A stretch of DNA of 61,664 bases, filler included, from Dugesia japonica (Eukaryota), in the NCBI GenBank assembly GCA_001938525.1. It is 6 parts of 6 records of this genome, joined end to end, with 100 filler letters (N's around TTAATTAATTAA, not from the genome) between each part and the next. Parts side by side here need not be neighbours in the genome. Positions count along the whole stretch, not along the records: positions 30,053 to 39,089 come from MQRL01163310.1; positions 39,190 to 53,224 come from MQRL01602736.1; 4 more parts are not named here. The stretch is one strand, 5' to 3'. Under the pieces are notes generated by a model that searched no databases, was not told the origin of the DNA, and was given only the letters and a program-made list of their open reading frames with translations. Below are positions 36,636 through 50,155 of the stretch, one piece after another (position 1 is the stretch's first letter; each line of letters opens with the position of its first letter). The translations under genes and the position numbers were made by a program.

Positions 36636-37933
36636 AAAATTAAAATTGTATAATTATTACATATGTTGTTTAAAAGAAGTTAATGAACACCTCATTATGG
36701 TAGTCTATAATTGAAAAGATGGCAATAAAGTCATTAAAAGTGTAATGTAATTTTTAATAAAATTTCAGAAAAATTCAAATAAGAAAATTATATTAAAAAT
36801 TATTTTGAAAATATTAATTTTTAAAAAAGATGTAATGAAAACTATTCGATTATTCTGGGATTTCAGTCGTGTAAGCCTTTAATCGACATGGACTTTTATT
36901 CGTGTGAACATTTATGATTGTGGATATTTGTCTAGTCACCGTTATAAACAAGATTTCAGAAAAAAAACAGCTCAATTTTTGTTTTGGTTTTATTAGACTT
37001 CACAATTGTTATCCTTCGTCATGTGAGTCGCATTCCATTCTTAAAGTATTTTAAAGCAATTATTTAATATTATATGGTAATTTAAAAGCGAATCAATTTT
37101 AATAACTACAATTGTAAAATGAATCCATGAAAATAAGCAAGTTATGCAAGCCGAGCAATCGAAAAAAAACAAAAATTCTATTTACTGTATTATTTACCTA
37201 AAATAGCTAGCAAATGCTTAACTTACATTGACGAATTTTGATTTTTAGATATGAATTTAGGAATTCGAGTAGTGGTAGAATTTGTATCTCTAAGTTTGTG
37301 TTTTAAATAGGATTTTTATTTAAACTATACAGTAATTCATAAGGCAAAAAAATAAATTCACTAAATGGATAGAACATGATTAAAGAAGTGTACTTTCTTG
37401 AAAAACATTCATAACTATTAAAAACCCTTTGTTATACTATAATGGTACATACCTTAAATACAATTATATTTGATTTACATCATTAACTAACACTGAAGCA
37501 AAGTAAAATTAATTTTTAGTATTTAAAGAAATTTAATTTTTAACAAGCCACTCTGACTTCACCAAAATAAATTAAATCCAAATTGGTTGTATAATTAAGA
37601 CTGTTTTTGAATTGGAGTCTAAAAATTCAGAAAACATGATTTAAAACGAAAGGTATTATTTTTAGGACAAAATTCAAAGAGCAATGATAATATGTTCATA
37701 GTTTTGGGATTTGACGACTAATACAGAAATTTAGTTTTCGAGTACTCAAACTTACTACAAGAAATATGAATAACAAATGAAAATGAAACTGATTTGTAAA
37801 ATATTGATATGGAAGCATTTCTAAAAATAATGTAACTGATACAAAAATAAAATACAATTACACATACAAAACCTGGCTAAATTTTATTGTACAATATAAA
37901 AAAAACACGTTCAAATGTCTTCCAGAAAATAAA

Positions 37934-37996
37934 TTTTAATAGGTTGACCGCATAATCGTTATACAATTATAATTGCTGGCAGTCAACCTATTAAAA
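37934..37996. repeat. Short inverted repeat TTTTAATAGGTTGAC...GTCAACCTATTAAAA
   Basis: Perfect 15-bp stem, 18 bp with one mismatch. Confidence 0.8.
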
Positions 37997-38339
37997 AGTT
38001 TTTATTTATTATCAACAATTTTTAAAATAAAAATTAAAAAAATTGCAAAAATAAATTAAATTTAACTTTAATAAATAATGTCGTTTTTAAAGCCTTATTA
38101 CTTAACTCAAATAAGTCATCCAAAGATATTTATTAATTGATATAACACCCATTACAATCGACACATAATTGCCAATCGAAAATATGCTGATTTATTCCGG
38201 TGTCCCAGATTCAATAAACTGTCGGAAGGCATTTATAGCAGTACATTAGTTGTTAAAAATTTTAGCCAAAATTTTTAAAAATGATATTTGAAAGGTGATA
38301 AGTCTGATGAGTATAGTAAATGCTACAAAATTTCGTAAC

Positions 38340-38985
38340 CTAACGCATCCAACTTTCTTAGTCATTTGTGCAACGTGTGGCCTGGCATTGTCATGAAGAA
38401 TACTAGAACCTACTCAGTTGACCAATGCCGAACGAAGGATTTGCATGCTTTGTAATTGTTTCTCCAGGAATAAGAATGAATAATGCCTCCAATATACCAC
38501 TAAACAGTCAGAATAATATTCTTTTGTACCTTAGTCGCGGTCCTATCACTTTACATAACACTTGCAATTGTCATATAAAATCGATTTTCCATCGCACATC
38601 ACAATACAATTGAGAAATGGATCATTTATGTTCCGCAAAAGAAACACTTCAAAACGCTGATTTTTTTGTTTCTCATTTAAATCATGCAGTATCCATTTTT
38701 AAGTTTCTTGACTTCGCCCAGTTGTTTCAGATAGTCCAGAACTGTTGGATGACATGCATTTGACATTTTAGCGTTGATCTGCGTAATCAAGTTGTTCAAT
38801 TTATTATTGTCCACTGCAGATGGACTTTACGACCTTCTTTATCTGTTAGGCTTCCAGCTTCGTCTGTAAATCTTTTAAACCATCGTTGCATAGTGTATTT
38901 ATTTACGGACATCTGCCCGAATGAGCTGTTGACATTACGAGTGGCGTCTACAGATCAATGGCCTAGTTTGAACTCGTAAAGAATT
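38340..38985 (-). mobile_element. mariner transposase pseudogene, internally deleted
   Basis: DPFLNCIVMCDGKSILYDN, LLHDNARPHVA. Confidence 0.88.
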
Positions 38986-39189
38986 CGTAATAAAAATGGA
39001 GACTTATCAATTAATATTAAAACAGAGACCACATAAATATAATTTTATACAAGATTATTTTATTTAAATTATTTAATTATATATATATANNNNNNNNNNN
39101 NNNNNNNNNNNNNNNNNNNNNNNNNNNNNNNNNTTAATTAATTAANNNNNNNNNNNNNNNNNNNNNNNNNNNNNNNNNNNNNNNNNNNN

Positions 39190-39264
<75 letters not shown>

Positions 39265-39382
39265 GTAAAAAAAAAAGATAAAAAAAAGATAAAAAAAAAG
39301 ATAAAAAATTTTTTTTATAAAAATCTATTTTTAGTAACAGGGGGGAGGGGGTGGAGGTTCAGTGTGGACATGTCTCACTACT
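39190..39382. mobile_element. Right terminus of a Maverick-type element (...GGACATGTCTCACTACT)
   Basis: 17-bp reverse-complement identity with 52051-52067; similar A/T-tract subterminal region. Confidence 0.6.
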
Positions 39383-39814
39383 ATTATTCGTTTTGAGCAT
39401 TTTATCTGGATTTATTTATTTTCTGCCTTTGATATTTCTTGTACGACTATTCATTAATTAATGTATCGCATTACTATTCTTTTTATTTCTCATTGTTCGC
39501 TATTATTCTTATATCTCCGAATTGATTGTTTGAGCACTCTTATAATTCACCATCTTCTTGAGCACTTTCATTGATTGATTCTCTTTANNNNNNNNNNNNN
39601 NNNNNNNNNNNNNNNNNNNNNNNNNNNNNNNNNNNNNNNNNNNNNNNNNNNNNNNNNNNNNNNNAAATTGTTGCTTTCTTTTATTCTTTATTGTCTCCTT
39701 TAATTCTACTATTTATATTTATTACTTCGATTACGCTTGGGCAACTTTATCTCTTCTCTTTGATAGTTCATTTTTAGTTAACCTTTGTTTTAACTGGCCT
39801 GTTTCAGCCCAACA
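39383..39814 (-). repeat. LTR start fragment (TGTTGGGCTGAAAC)
   Basis: 13/14 match to the termini at 9957-9991. Confidence 0.5.
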
Positions 39815-40008
39815 TAATTATGATAACAATAATAATATTTACTAATCAAATGATCTAATAAATTAAATTACTAATTGTTTATGTGGGTAAAATTATCCTT
39901 ATTTCAATTGCTGGGATAATATTAATGATTATGCTGATCAATATGACAATAAAACTGAACAATATTTATAAATTGTAGAACACGGTTATCTATTACTCAA
40001 GGAAATAG

Positions 40009-40626
40009 TTAAGCATCATCTCAACAGCTGTGGCTAATCCGGTTGATCGGGAAGAAGTGATTAAATATGGACACAAGATCACTTCTTACAATGGAGTGGT
40101 TGCTCCTAATTATTAGGTGGTGGGGGATAAACGCAGATCTTTTCCAACTGAGGAAAATATTCGCAATGGTTATTTGGGAATGGTAGACAGTGTTACTGGA
40201 GAATGGAATCCTAGTCTTGTCGATTATGTAGCTAATCAAGAATATCAACTTATAGTTTCATTTGGACTTTCCCAGCTACTGCCACTGAAGAACGGAGGTA
40301 TTCAGCCTATTCCGTCACCTTTGCAATCACCAAGAGTTGCAAATAGACAGCCGCCTCCTCCACAAATCATTGAATCTGTTGTTTATTCATAAAGTGCTTC
40401 TTCATTGACTCAATTGTCTCCTGGAGTCAATGTTGTAAGTTCTCCAACCTCTGCTATAAACAGAGGAATCCTGATGGCTGGAGGAAGCGCATTTGGAACT
40501 TCCACTGATCATAGAAATATGAATCAAACACGACCACTTCTAGAATCCAGCAGCATATTATCCTTACTATTGATTATTATTATTGATTGTTTTTATTTTA
40601 TTAATTATTATTTTTATTCCAACTAA
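40009..40626 (+). pseudogene. Unknown Pro/Ser-rich coding remnant
   Basis: About 205 codons in one frame with two internal stops (40114, 40390); GC-richer than flanks. Confidence 0.4.
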
Positions 40627-41226
40627 ATGTTAATAAAACAAAAAATCATATTTTATAGTATTTTGCTGTTCAATTTTTCATTCGCCATTTATAATTATTT
40701 TTAGGAATTTTTTGATCGTGTTTTTCATTCGATTTCTTAACCTTCAATTAGTAAAATTCTTAATTTTGAATTTCATTTTTTTCGTTTCTCACAAATTATC
40801 TGATATTACCATGTTTTGATAGTGTTTATTTCAATACAAAATCAAGATTTTGTTTTCTTAATCAGATAAATTATTCATCTATGTTCAAGTTAAAATTGTT
40901 TTTATTACCTCAATTCAATAATTTAATCTCTCTGTATTAATCCGAAGTTTCGTAACTTCGTCAAATAAGATAAAATATATTTGGGATGCATTATTAATTT
41001 TCAATTTACATATTTTGTAATTCAAATGATCATATTTAATTACTAGGTGAACAAATTACACCGTGACGATTTGTGATTATGATCGAGAAATCTTGTCACG
41101 GGATTAGTAGTGGTCAATTGTTTTTCAATTTAAAATTTTTTAGTGAGTAATGAGATAAAATTTATTTAACAATAATTACAGAATGCTTAATCAATAACTT
41201 ATATATTTAATAACAGTTATCTACTA

Positions 41227-41565
41227 CAGTGATTTCCAAAGCGGGCGCACGGACTTTTTCGATGGATGGCGGGATATTTATAAAAGAAATGCAATTTTCA
41301 TAACACTTATAAATAAAAAATATGTGCATCTACAAATATGTGCAATTATATATAAGTATTTACCGGCATGAATAGTCATACATAAATATTAATCATATTA
41401 CTATTAATTTATTTGTTTGCATTACGTTTTTTTTGTACTTCTTTTAGTAATAAATTTTTCACCATTTAAAAACATGCATTATTTAATAAAATAAAAAAGT
41501 GAAGGAGCCAAAATTGGATTCATTTTTAATTGGAGGCGTAGTGACATAAAGTTTGGAAACTACTG
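41227..41565. mobile_element. hAT-type MITE
   Basis: TIRs CAGTGATTTCCAAA / CAGTAGTTTCCAAA; partial TSD ATCTA, right copy cut by a Harbinger-like end (AGGGGTTGTCCATTAATTA). Confidence 0.7.
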
Positions 41566-41960
41566 ATCTAAGGGGTTGTCCATTAATTATGTCTACCATA
41601 TTGAGGGAGGGTTTTGAAGAAGTTTGACAATTTTTGACAAGGGACGAGGAGAGTATTCAAAATAAATAAATAATAATAATCAAATAATAATAATTAAGTT
41701 TTCAAATTAAATTGTTCATGCCGCTCAACATCACTGCCTGAATGAATATCAAAATAATAATATTTTAAAATGTATACATTACTCCGTATTATTGTATGTA
41801 AGAGAATTGTAGTGATGCCATGTCGAAAAAGAAGGATGTTTACATATTTCTCAAATAGACATCGAACGTATACTACGTCTCATCTTTTGTGGCGTCCATT
41901 ATTATTGTGTAGTTGATACCGTACGAAGAAAAGATAATAAGATAAAACTTATGTTATCAA

Positions 41961-43463
41961 TAGGAAATACAATACCGGGATACCGGTCAATTTTTACGGT
42001 ATTAAATACCGGTATTCAAAGGTTAAATACCAGAATTTAATTTTTTTTAATGAATATTTTCATTATTTTTATCATTTATCTTTTTTTCTCACGTTTGATT
42101 GCTTTCTTAAATAGTGATAATGATTGATTAATTAACATTTGTAACTTACAAATTTATTGTGTAATTTTTTTTGTGAAAATATTTAATAAGCGCAACTTTG
42201 GTAAGTTTATTTAAATTAAATTTACATATTAAAATTTTTATTAGTCATATATAATTTTAATTTAGCCCCGGGAGAGTCCGAGTATGAGATAAAAATTAAA
42301 AATGAGATAAAAGATAAAACCTGAGATAAAAATTCGGTCTGTTTTTTTTTCTCAAAAAAGCAAATGAGGTTACGCAAAATTTAAGAAGTGTGTAAATATT
42401 AAAGAAACAAAAGTGGTTTGATAAGCGGCCTTCATACACATTTTAAGACCAAACATGAAGTAATATCACGAAAACGAGTTGCTGTTGAACATGAAGTTGG
42501 ATCTAGTTCAAAATTTGATAAGCCTTCTCCAAAAATTGCAAAATAATTTAGAAATACCAGGGATGACTCACTAGCAGCGATCCTAGCTAAAATGAAACCA
42601 CGTGATGGGTTTCCATTCAGAATTTTTATAATATTCGATAATCTTCGGAAATCATTGAAAACCTTAAATTTCAGTAATAAACTTCCAAAATTAGCCCCAC
42701 CATACAGAAAATCGTCATTAATTATAGCGATTATTAATTACTGAAATATCGTCGATACATAAATATGATTCTTCATTCGGAATCAAAATTTTAAAATGTA
42801 GGACTTCTCCCTATCCATGGAAGTTTACCTGCAGTAAAATGTGTTTCAGTTTTAAATGACAAATTGAATCAGTAATTTTTGTCCTTGGAGAAGAATATCG
42901 TTTTTTTAACAAATGACGGTGCTGCAGTTATGCAGAGAGGAGATAAATTAGTACCAACTGCTCAGCAATTTTGTTTGGCCCATGCAATACAACTTGTGGT
43001 CGTAGATGTTCTTGATTAAAAATATACAACTGAAGATAGAAACAGCAGTCCGAATGAGTCAATTTGCATTGATTCAGATTCCGAAACCAAAGAACCCAAT
43101 AGTTATGATCCATTTGAAGGAGATGTATATGCATATGATAATGGATTAGTAATGGATTACGAAATAGAGTGACTTGGTACAGCCATAACACATAATCGAC
43201 TTGGTCCACTTATACAAAAAGTCAGAAAAATTGTGAAAATATTTAAACGTTCACCAACAAAACATGAGACACTACAAAATTATATAAATCCCGAATTTGA
43301 CAATGAATATTGCTTAATCTTAGATTCCAAGACTAGATGGAATACTCTACTAACAAAAATATGAATAATTTTTAAAAATAGTGTGATTCAATTACTTTCT
43401 TTAAATACTGGTTTTAATACCGAAATATCGGTATTGATTTTTCGTCCGATATTGGATTCCCTA
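41961..43463 (+). mobile_element. hAT transposon, internally deleted
   Basis: TIRs TAGGAAATACAATACCGG / TAGGGAATCCAATATCGG; TSD GTTATCAA vs GTCATCAA; TNDGAAVM, CLAHAIQL, KVRKIVKIFKRSP, DSKTRWN. Confidence 0.88.
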
Positions 43464-45405
43464 GTCATCAATGATGAATTTAGTTTTAATAAGGTGAAGA
43501 TTTTCATTGCGATTAAAAGTAAATTCATGTGATTAAGTGCGAAGATGGGCTTTACTGAAGAAATGATCAAGGTTGTGATTAGAATGAAATTTATGTAAAT
43601 TGGGTATCAATAATTAGAAGATCCAAAAAGGAAATGGAATATGTAGCATAAAATCGTCGAGATAATCAACGTGAGATTGTACGTAAGAACAAGAACATCG
43701 CATTGTTTCCCAAAAATTGACGAAATAGTATGCCTGAAGTTATTTTAGAATATTTTCCAATAGAAACACGACAAATTATTATTGATTTCAGATATGAAAA
43801 GAGTGTTTCTTATTTGTAATGGAGGAATCTATTTAATTTACGAAGAATTTGATTGAGAGATAAATTATTAGATTTCAAAAATTACTAAAGTCAATCAAGC
43901 AGAGTTCGAGTTTTATTTCCTCTCGACTGACTCTTACTTGATCATTCTAGTCAGTTGAATTGTTTAGTTTAAGTAAAGATACTTATTAAGAGATATTTTG
44001 GTATACCCCACCAATTGCAAAAACTATTTATAAATATAGTTCAAATATTAAGAAGAAATCTCACATTAACATCATATTTCCTGCTGAAATATTTATATTT
44101 CCTTCAAGATAATTCATCAAAGAAAACATATATTGTATGACTATGAAATGATAAAAATTAAATGAAAATTTATTCTCATTTAAAACAAGTTTGGAAAAAT
44201 AATTAAAAATTTGTTTTAAAGATTTAAAATTTTAAAAGACATTTTTGTCAATAATTAAATTATTTTTTAATTAATAAATAATTCATTTTTAATGTTTATT
44301 AGTTTTAATTTAAATGTTTGCATAAATAAATTTTAAAAATTGATAAAAATATTTTAACAAGTTGTATTTCCTGTTCTTATTTCTTCATTCCGATGTAGTT
44401 TATATTTATCCGTGATCTGCTGATAATAAATTTCCTAATATATTTCCACGTTAATTTGTTCTATTTTTAGTGTTTCATAATTTTAACTCATCAAGTATCC
44501 AGTTATAAAACACAATATAAATTCTATCATGAAATTCTACAATTCTTTATTTCAACAGTTCACACTTAAATATTTCCCACTACGAGCAAATCACTTATTT
44601 ATAACTGAANNNNNNNNNNNNNNNNNNNNNNNNNNNNNNNNNNNNNNNNNNNNNNNNNNNNNNNNNNNNNNNNNNNTTTTCTTCTTTCCTATATTCTATC
44701 TGTTTATTTTCTCATTGTCAATTCACCTTCATTCATACATGAATATGGGTTCTAATTAAATGTTAAGTAAAATTAAAGAAATGTTAAGGTTTCTAGTAGT
44801 AAATTTAAAGTTAAAATAATGAGTGTATAGTAAAATTAGTAAATGTTAAGTAATTAAAAAAATTTGTTTAGCTAATAATAAAATATTTAAGTTCATTGAT
44901 TTAAATAATTAAGTAAAGTAGTTTAATTGTTCAAGTATAAATATACGAAATTTAAATTTAAAGTTTAAAATTTGATTATTTAAAATTACTTATAAAAATG
45001 ATACAGTAACCAAGATACGAATCAAGCGACGACTTAGATCGATTTTGTATCAACTGAGAATGTAAGAAATAAGAGTGGAAAAGTGAGACATGAGTAGATT
45101 TTATGCAATAAACATAACAATGCAAATGAAGCTACAGCGTTTATCAAAAGTGAAAAATATGGTCTTATTTCTATACAAATAAAACAACAGATGGAGATAA
45201 AGTTATTTATAGATGCAATAAAGTAAAAAACACGTGAAACACAATGCAAAGCTTAACTATAATTATTATATCATGCTGAAGAAGATGTTTCAGTTTATAA
45301 AGCTAAATGTAATCGTAGTCATTCTTTTGAAATTCGAGAATGTTCTGAAAATATTCTTACTTTCTATTTATAAAAACTCTGAAAGCCCATTTAAATATAT
45401 ATTTT

Positions 45406-45448
45406 CGTATAACATGTTTCGACAGAATATCTGACATCTTCAAATACA
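45406..45448 (-). ncRNA. Hammerhead ribozyme variant (C3U core)
   Basis: UGUAU-UUGAAGA-U-GUCAGA(UAU)UCUGUC-GAAA-CAUG-UU^-AUACG. Confidence 0.65.
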
Positions 45449-45898
45449 ATAATTTAATTCATTTTTTAAAATTCTTTATTGCAACTGTTAGACGAGTTTG
45501 AAGTACTCATCGGATCATCAACATCAAAATTCAACTTCATAGAATAATTTATTTCCAACAAAAAATATTACATAATTATTTGTTTATTCCAATAAATTAA
45601 AACTTCATGCTCTAATTGAAAACTATTTTTAATAGATTTAAAATTTAGGATTTCATTCAAAACTAATTTGAAGATTTTTAAAAAAATAATTTCAAGAACA
45701 AAAGCAAAATTTTAGATCAAACTTCCATTCAAAATAATTATTTTAACTTGTTAATTAGTTTTGTGATTTTTAATTTTTTTTAAAAATATTTTAAGAGAAA
45801 CAGTTTCCAATCAAAGCACAAATATTTCAACTCGTTTTTCAAAACATACCTACAAAAAATATTTAAAAAATAAATAACGCCATTTGAAATAAAACTTT

Positions 45899-45942
45899 AT
45901 TGTTATATATTTCGACGGATCAATTGTCATCATCAGACAAAT
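45899..45942 (-). ncRNA. Minimal type I hammerhead ribozyme
   Basis: UUGU-CUGAUGA-U-GAC(9nt)GUC-GAAA-UAUA-UA^-ACAA: intact core, stems I and II, palindromic stem III. Confidence 0.8.
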
Positions 45943-46657
45943 TCGTATCAGATGTTTCGTATGTTGTGTTTTCTATTCTATGTAACTATCATTTGAGACT
46001 GTAAATTGAAGCTGCAATCATTGCAATATTGTAAGAGTCAGAGGCTCTTGAATTTGTAGGATTAAGGGTTGGTCTTTTATTTAATAATTCAATTTGTCTA
46101 TCAGTAAATGTATATTCTGTTAAATTTTGGAAAGGAAGAACATTTGTGTTGTTTATAACATCTGAGTGTAGATTTATTTTCATTTTGATTTTATCTTCTG
46201 TTTTAGTTTTTTCAGAAAGTAGAGTTCTCAATTTCTTTTGTTTGTTGAAATCATTAATGTTTTTAAATTTTCTATATGCTTCTTCATTTTCTTGTTTTAG
46301 AGGAAATGGTAGTGGTTTATTTTTTATCAGATAATTAAGTTCGCTATAGAGCATTTTACGAAGACGAGTTATCCATTGAGTTATCCACTTTCTGAGAAAA
46401 CTAAAACAGAAGACTTTTTATCGTTACAAGGAAACTTGTTTTTCACTTCACAGAATATCAGATTAAGGAATTTTTAAAAATATTATTTTTCTTTGTCCAA
46501 TGTTTTAAAACTGGATATTCTTTGATTTCTGAAAAGTATTTTTCAGTTATTAATATTAAAGTTCTCAAAGTCATTCTTTTGAAATTCGAGAATGTTCTGA
46601 AAATATTCTTACTTTCTATTTATAAAAACTCTGAAAGCCCATTTAAATATATATTTT

Positions 46658-46700
46658 CGTATAACATGTTTCGACAGAATATCTGACATCTTCAAATACA
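46658..46700 (-). ncRNA. Second copy of the hammerhead variant
   Basis: Identical to 45406-45448. Confidence 0.65.
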
Positions 46701-47245
46701 ATANNNNNNNNNNNNNNNNNNNNNNNNNNNNNNNNNNNNNNNNNNNNNNNNNNNNNNNNNNNNNNNNNNNNNNNNNNNNNNNNNNNNNNNNNNNNNNNNN
46801 NNNNNNNNNNNNNNNNNNNNNNNNNNNNNNNNNNNNNNNNNNNNNNNNNNNNNNNNNNNNNNNNNNNNNNNNNNNNNNNNNNNNNNNNNNNNNNNNNNNN
46901 NNNNNNNNNNNNNNNNNNNNNNNNNNNNNNNNNNNNNNNNNNNNNNNNNNNNNNNNNNNNNNNNNNNNNNNNNNNNNNNNNNNNNNNNNNNNNNNNNNNN
47001 NNNNNNNNNNNNNNNNNNNNNNNNNNNNNNNNNNNNNNNNNNNNNNNNNNNNNNNNNNNNNNNNNNNNNNNNNNNNNNNNNNNNNNNNNNNNNNNNNNNN
47101 NNNNNNNNNNNNNNNNNNNNNNNNNNNNNNNNNNNNNNNNNNNNNNNNNNNNNNNNNNNNNNNNNNNNNNNNNNNNNNNNNNNNNNNNNNNNNNNNNNNN
47201 NNNNNNNNNNNNNNNNNNNNNNNNNNNNNNNNNNNNNNNNNNNNN

Positions 47246-48410
47246 TGTCGTGTTTTTGTTCATCAATTAAGAGTTCTTTGGAAATTTGCAAAATTTCGTG
47301 TTATTGTCATCTTCCTTTTTCCTTGACAAAAAATCTGTGACTACATTATCGCTTCCTTTCAGGTATCGTTTTTCAAGATGAATTGATTGATGTATTCGAT
47401 CCATTGCGATTGTTTGTTTGATGGATCTATCATTGTTTTCATGTAAGTTAATGGTTTGTGTTCTGTGCGCAATTCGCACTGATTGCCTTCTATTAAATGT
47501 TTGAAAGGTTTGGTTGCTAGATATATTGCTAAAGGTTCACAATAAAATGTTGCATACCTCTGTTCTGTCTTGCTCAATTCTTTTGAAAAGAATGAGATTG
47601 GCTGTAACTTACGGTTACTGTCATGATTGAGACTGGCTTCCACTCCAGTGTTGGATGCATCGGTACATAAAATAAACTTTTTTTAGGATCTGGAGGAATC
47701 ATCGTTGTTATCTGATGCAAGTTGGATTTAGCGCTTTGAAATGCCATTTCTTGAGTTTCTTTCCACTTGAACATTTTATTATTTTTGCTGGCTCTAGCAA
47801 CTAAATCATGTAAGGGAATTAAAATATCCGATAAATTTGGAATCATCCATTGATAGAAGGTCAATGTCCCAATAAATCGTCTCAGAGCTTTCACATTCTG
47901 TGGTGTCCGCAAACTTATTATATTCGTTATTATATTATATTTGAAAACCAAGGAATTTTATACTTGATTGATAGTACACACATTTTTATTGTTGATTCTA
48001 AGTTTGGCATTCATGAGCGTTTCTAAAACCAGTTTTAAATGCTTCTCGTGTTCTTTNNNNNNNNNNNNNNNNNNNNNNATATCATCAATGTATGCTATTG
48101 CGTATTCTCGGTGCTGACTCATCAATTGATCCATGTATCTTTGAAAAGTTTGGGATACATCTTTTAACCCAAATGGCATTTTAGGTATGCGTAAATTCCA
48201 AACCGTGTGATTACTGTTGTTTTGTGTGTGTCTTCCGGCACGATTGCTATTTGGTGATATGCCTTTTCAAGATCTATCGATGAAAAGATTGTGCTAGATG
48301 AAACTTGATCTGAAATATCCGATATCCGAGGAATTGGATATCTATTGGGCTTTGTTGCTTCATTGAGTAGTTGAAAATTCCCACATGGACGATAAGAGTT
48401 ATCTTTCTTA
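47246..48410 (-). mobile_element. Gypsy RT-RNase H fragment (different family)
   Basis: DLEKAYHQI, MPFGLKD, AYIDD, QPISFFSKEL, RTEHKPL. Confidence 0.93.
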
Positions 48411-48464
48411 TCTATCTAAATTTCTAAACATGTTTAGATTGAACAACACCTTGGATTTTATCTA

Positions 48465-49275
48465 AACTTTTTTGTCAAAAGATTTATCAAAAATTTTATG
48501 CCGAAAAAGTATTGTCACAAAACCTTTGTCAAAAACAATTTATGTCAAAAATATTTTATGTCAAATGTCTGTGGATTCTTTATTTTGGTAAACGTAAGTT
48601 TTGGAAATGTAATTTAAGACTGCAAGAGATCAGCAAGTGGAACAACTTAGAAAAGACAAATGGTATGAGGGAAGAATTGTAAATTCCATTTTGTTCAGCT
48701 TTGAGATTAATATATACTGCTGGTGCGAGGAGGAGTCGACGTCGGTTAAATTTTGTGAAAAGCAACTTGATTTATCGGATAAAACTGTTATAGTGGATTG
48801 GAACAATTACATGCGAAAAGTATGTGTCTTGGATATGGAGAATAAACCAAACAAGAAGGTAAGTGGAGCAAATTGGCAGATTGTGGGAATTAATGAAAGT
48901 TTATTTACTGTACGTAAAAATAATTGTGGTCTATTATTACCCGAACAGTGAATGGTGTTTGGTGGTATATGTACAGAAACAAAAAATTCGTTTGTTGTGA
49001 CTGTTCCTAATAAAACTGGCTCCACCCTTCTTGATAAAATTATTGAAAAGATTGCAGATAATAGCACAATTTATTCTAACAGTTGGAAAGGTTACCAAGC
49101 AAATAGAATAGAAAAAGAAGGATTCCTACATGCTAAAGTTAATCATAAATACAATTTTATTGATCCTGATAAAGGAGTTCATACGCAAACAGTTGAGAGA
49201 ATGTGGGGCAGTGCTAAATATAAGAACAAGAGACATCATTTAGAATCTTATTTATCAGAGTTCATATGGCGATAG
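48465..49275 (+). mobile_element. Merlin (IS1595/ISXO2-like) transposase pseudogene
   Basis: VDWNNYMR, IVGINES, VFGGIC, YSNSWKGY, VNHKYNFIDP, HTQTVERMW, YLSEFIWR; upstream TTTTGTCAAAA repeats. Confidence 0.92.
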
Positions 49276-50155
49276 CATCAGGTGAAAGGAAATAGAGAAG
49301 GAAAATAGGGGGACGGCGAGACATCTGAGAAATTTGCTGGTTTATCTTTTGACCACGTGTATATAGCCTGGTGAAGTAAAAACGTCATGATTACTAATGC
49401 TCTGCCTTTTGTAATTCCATCACACAATAATTCGTATACAACGCTTTCATCTTCATGGAAAACTTGCATTATTCTGGTCAGGGTGGGTGTTCTTGTTCTT
49501 CAAATTTTTGTTCTTCAAATTTTTTGTTCTTCAAATTTTTAGTAGCTGGAGATATTGGAAATAATTTTTTGTAGTTTTAAAGATTTAGTTGTGGTTAGAC
49601 AAAAATTTGGTCTATATATTGTCTAAAGGACTTGAGTTTGAATGGAGGATTTTCGCTACAAGGGTAGCGGCACACGGACACAATCGTATGATTTATCGTG
49701 GGTTGTTTTTAGGGAGGCTGTAGGTTTGTATGTGGTAGATGGAATTTGTTGATTGATAGGTTGTTGGAAAGGTAATGTGATGTTGTGGTGGTTGTCGAAT
49801 GTGCTTTGATTTTTTATTTAAAGGGCTTGAATTTGATTGGTTTATTTTGTAAGTAGTATAAGTGTGTTAAAAAAATATTTCGGGAGGTGGAGGTTGGTAT
49901 GTGTGGAAATAGAATAAATTATCAGATTTTATAAGATTTATTTATACATGGTATGGGCAGACTTTATATTTCGTAAGATATTATGACAAGATATCGGACA
50001 GTCTTGATTGAAGCATTATTGATTATTTCTTCATATTTTACTTTAGATGGATCAGTCTTGATATTTTTTGTAAGAGATTGAGGCATTATTGATTTTTTTA
50101 AAAATAATTTTACTTTAGATGAGATAGTCTTGTTATTTGCAAGGAATGGACAGTC

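Larger units (their letters stand above)
45317..46703 (-). mobile_element. Penelope-like element fragment with ~135-bp identical direct repeats (pseudo-LTR)
   Basis: ORF 45989-46354 has the PLE N-terminal motif NLTEYTFTDRQIELLNKRP; repeats 45317-45451 and 46569-46703 each carry a hammerhead-like motif. Confidence 0.75.

Noticed and set aside
39190-39250. Poly(A) run as a LINE or retrogene tail
   Set aside because: At a contig edge and continuous with the A-rich subterminal tract mirrored at 52117-52195
45478-45530. Third hammerhead-like motif on the minus strand
   Set aside because: GAAA core replaced and no convincing stem II
46643-47291. Long ORFs made mostly of X (also near 7342, 13776, 15922, 30552)
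   Set aside because: Artefacts of translating N gaps
48590-49275. Bacterial IS1595 contamination or horizontal transfer
   Set aside because: Eukaryotic Merlin elements have the same motifs; the copy is decayed and embedded among eukaryotic TEs
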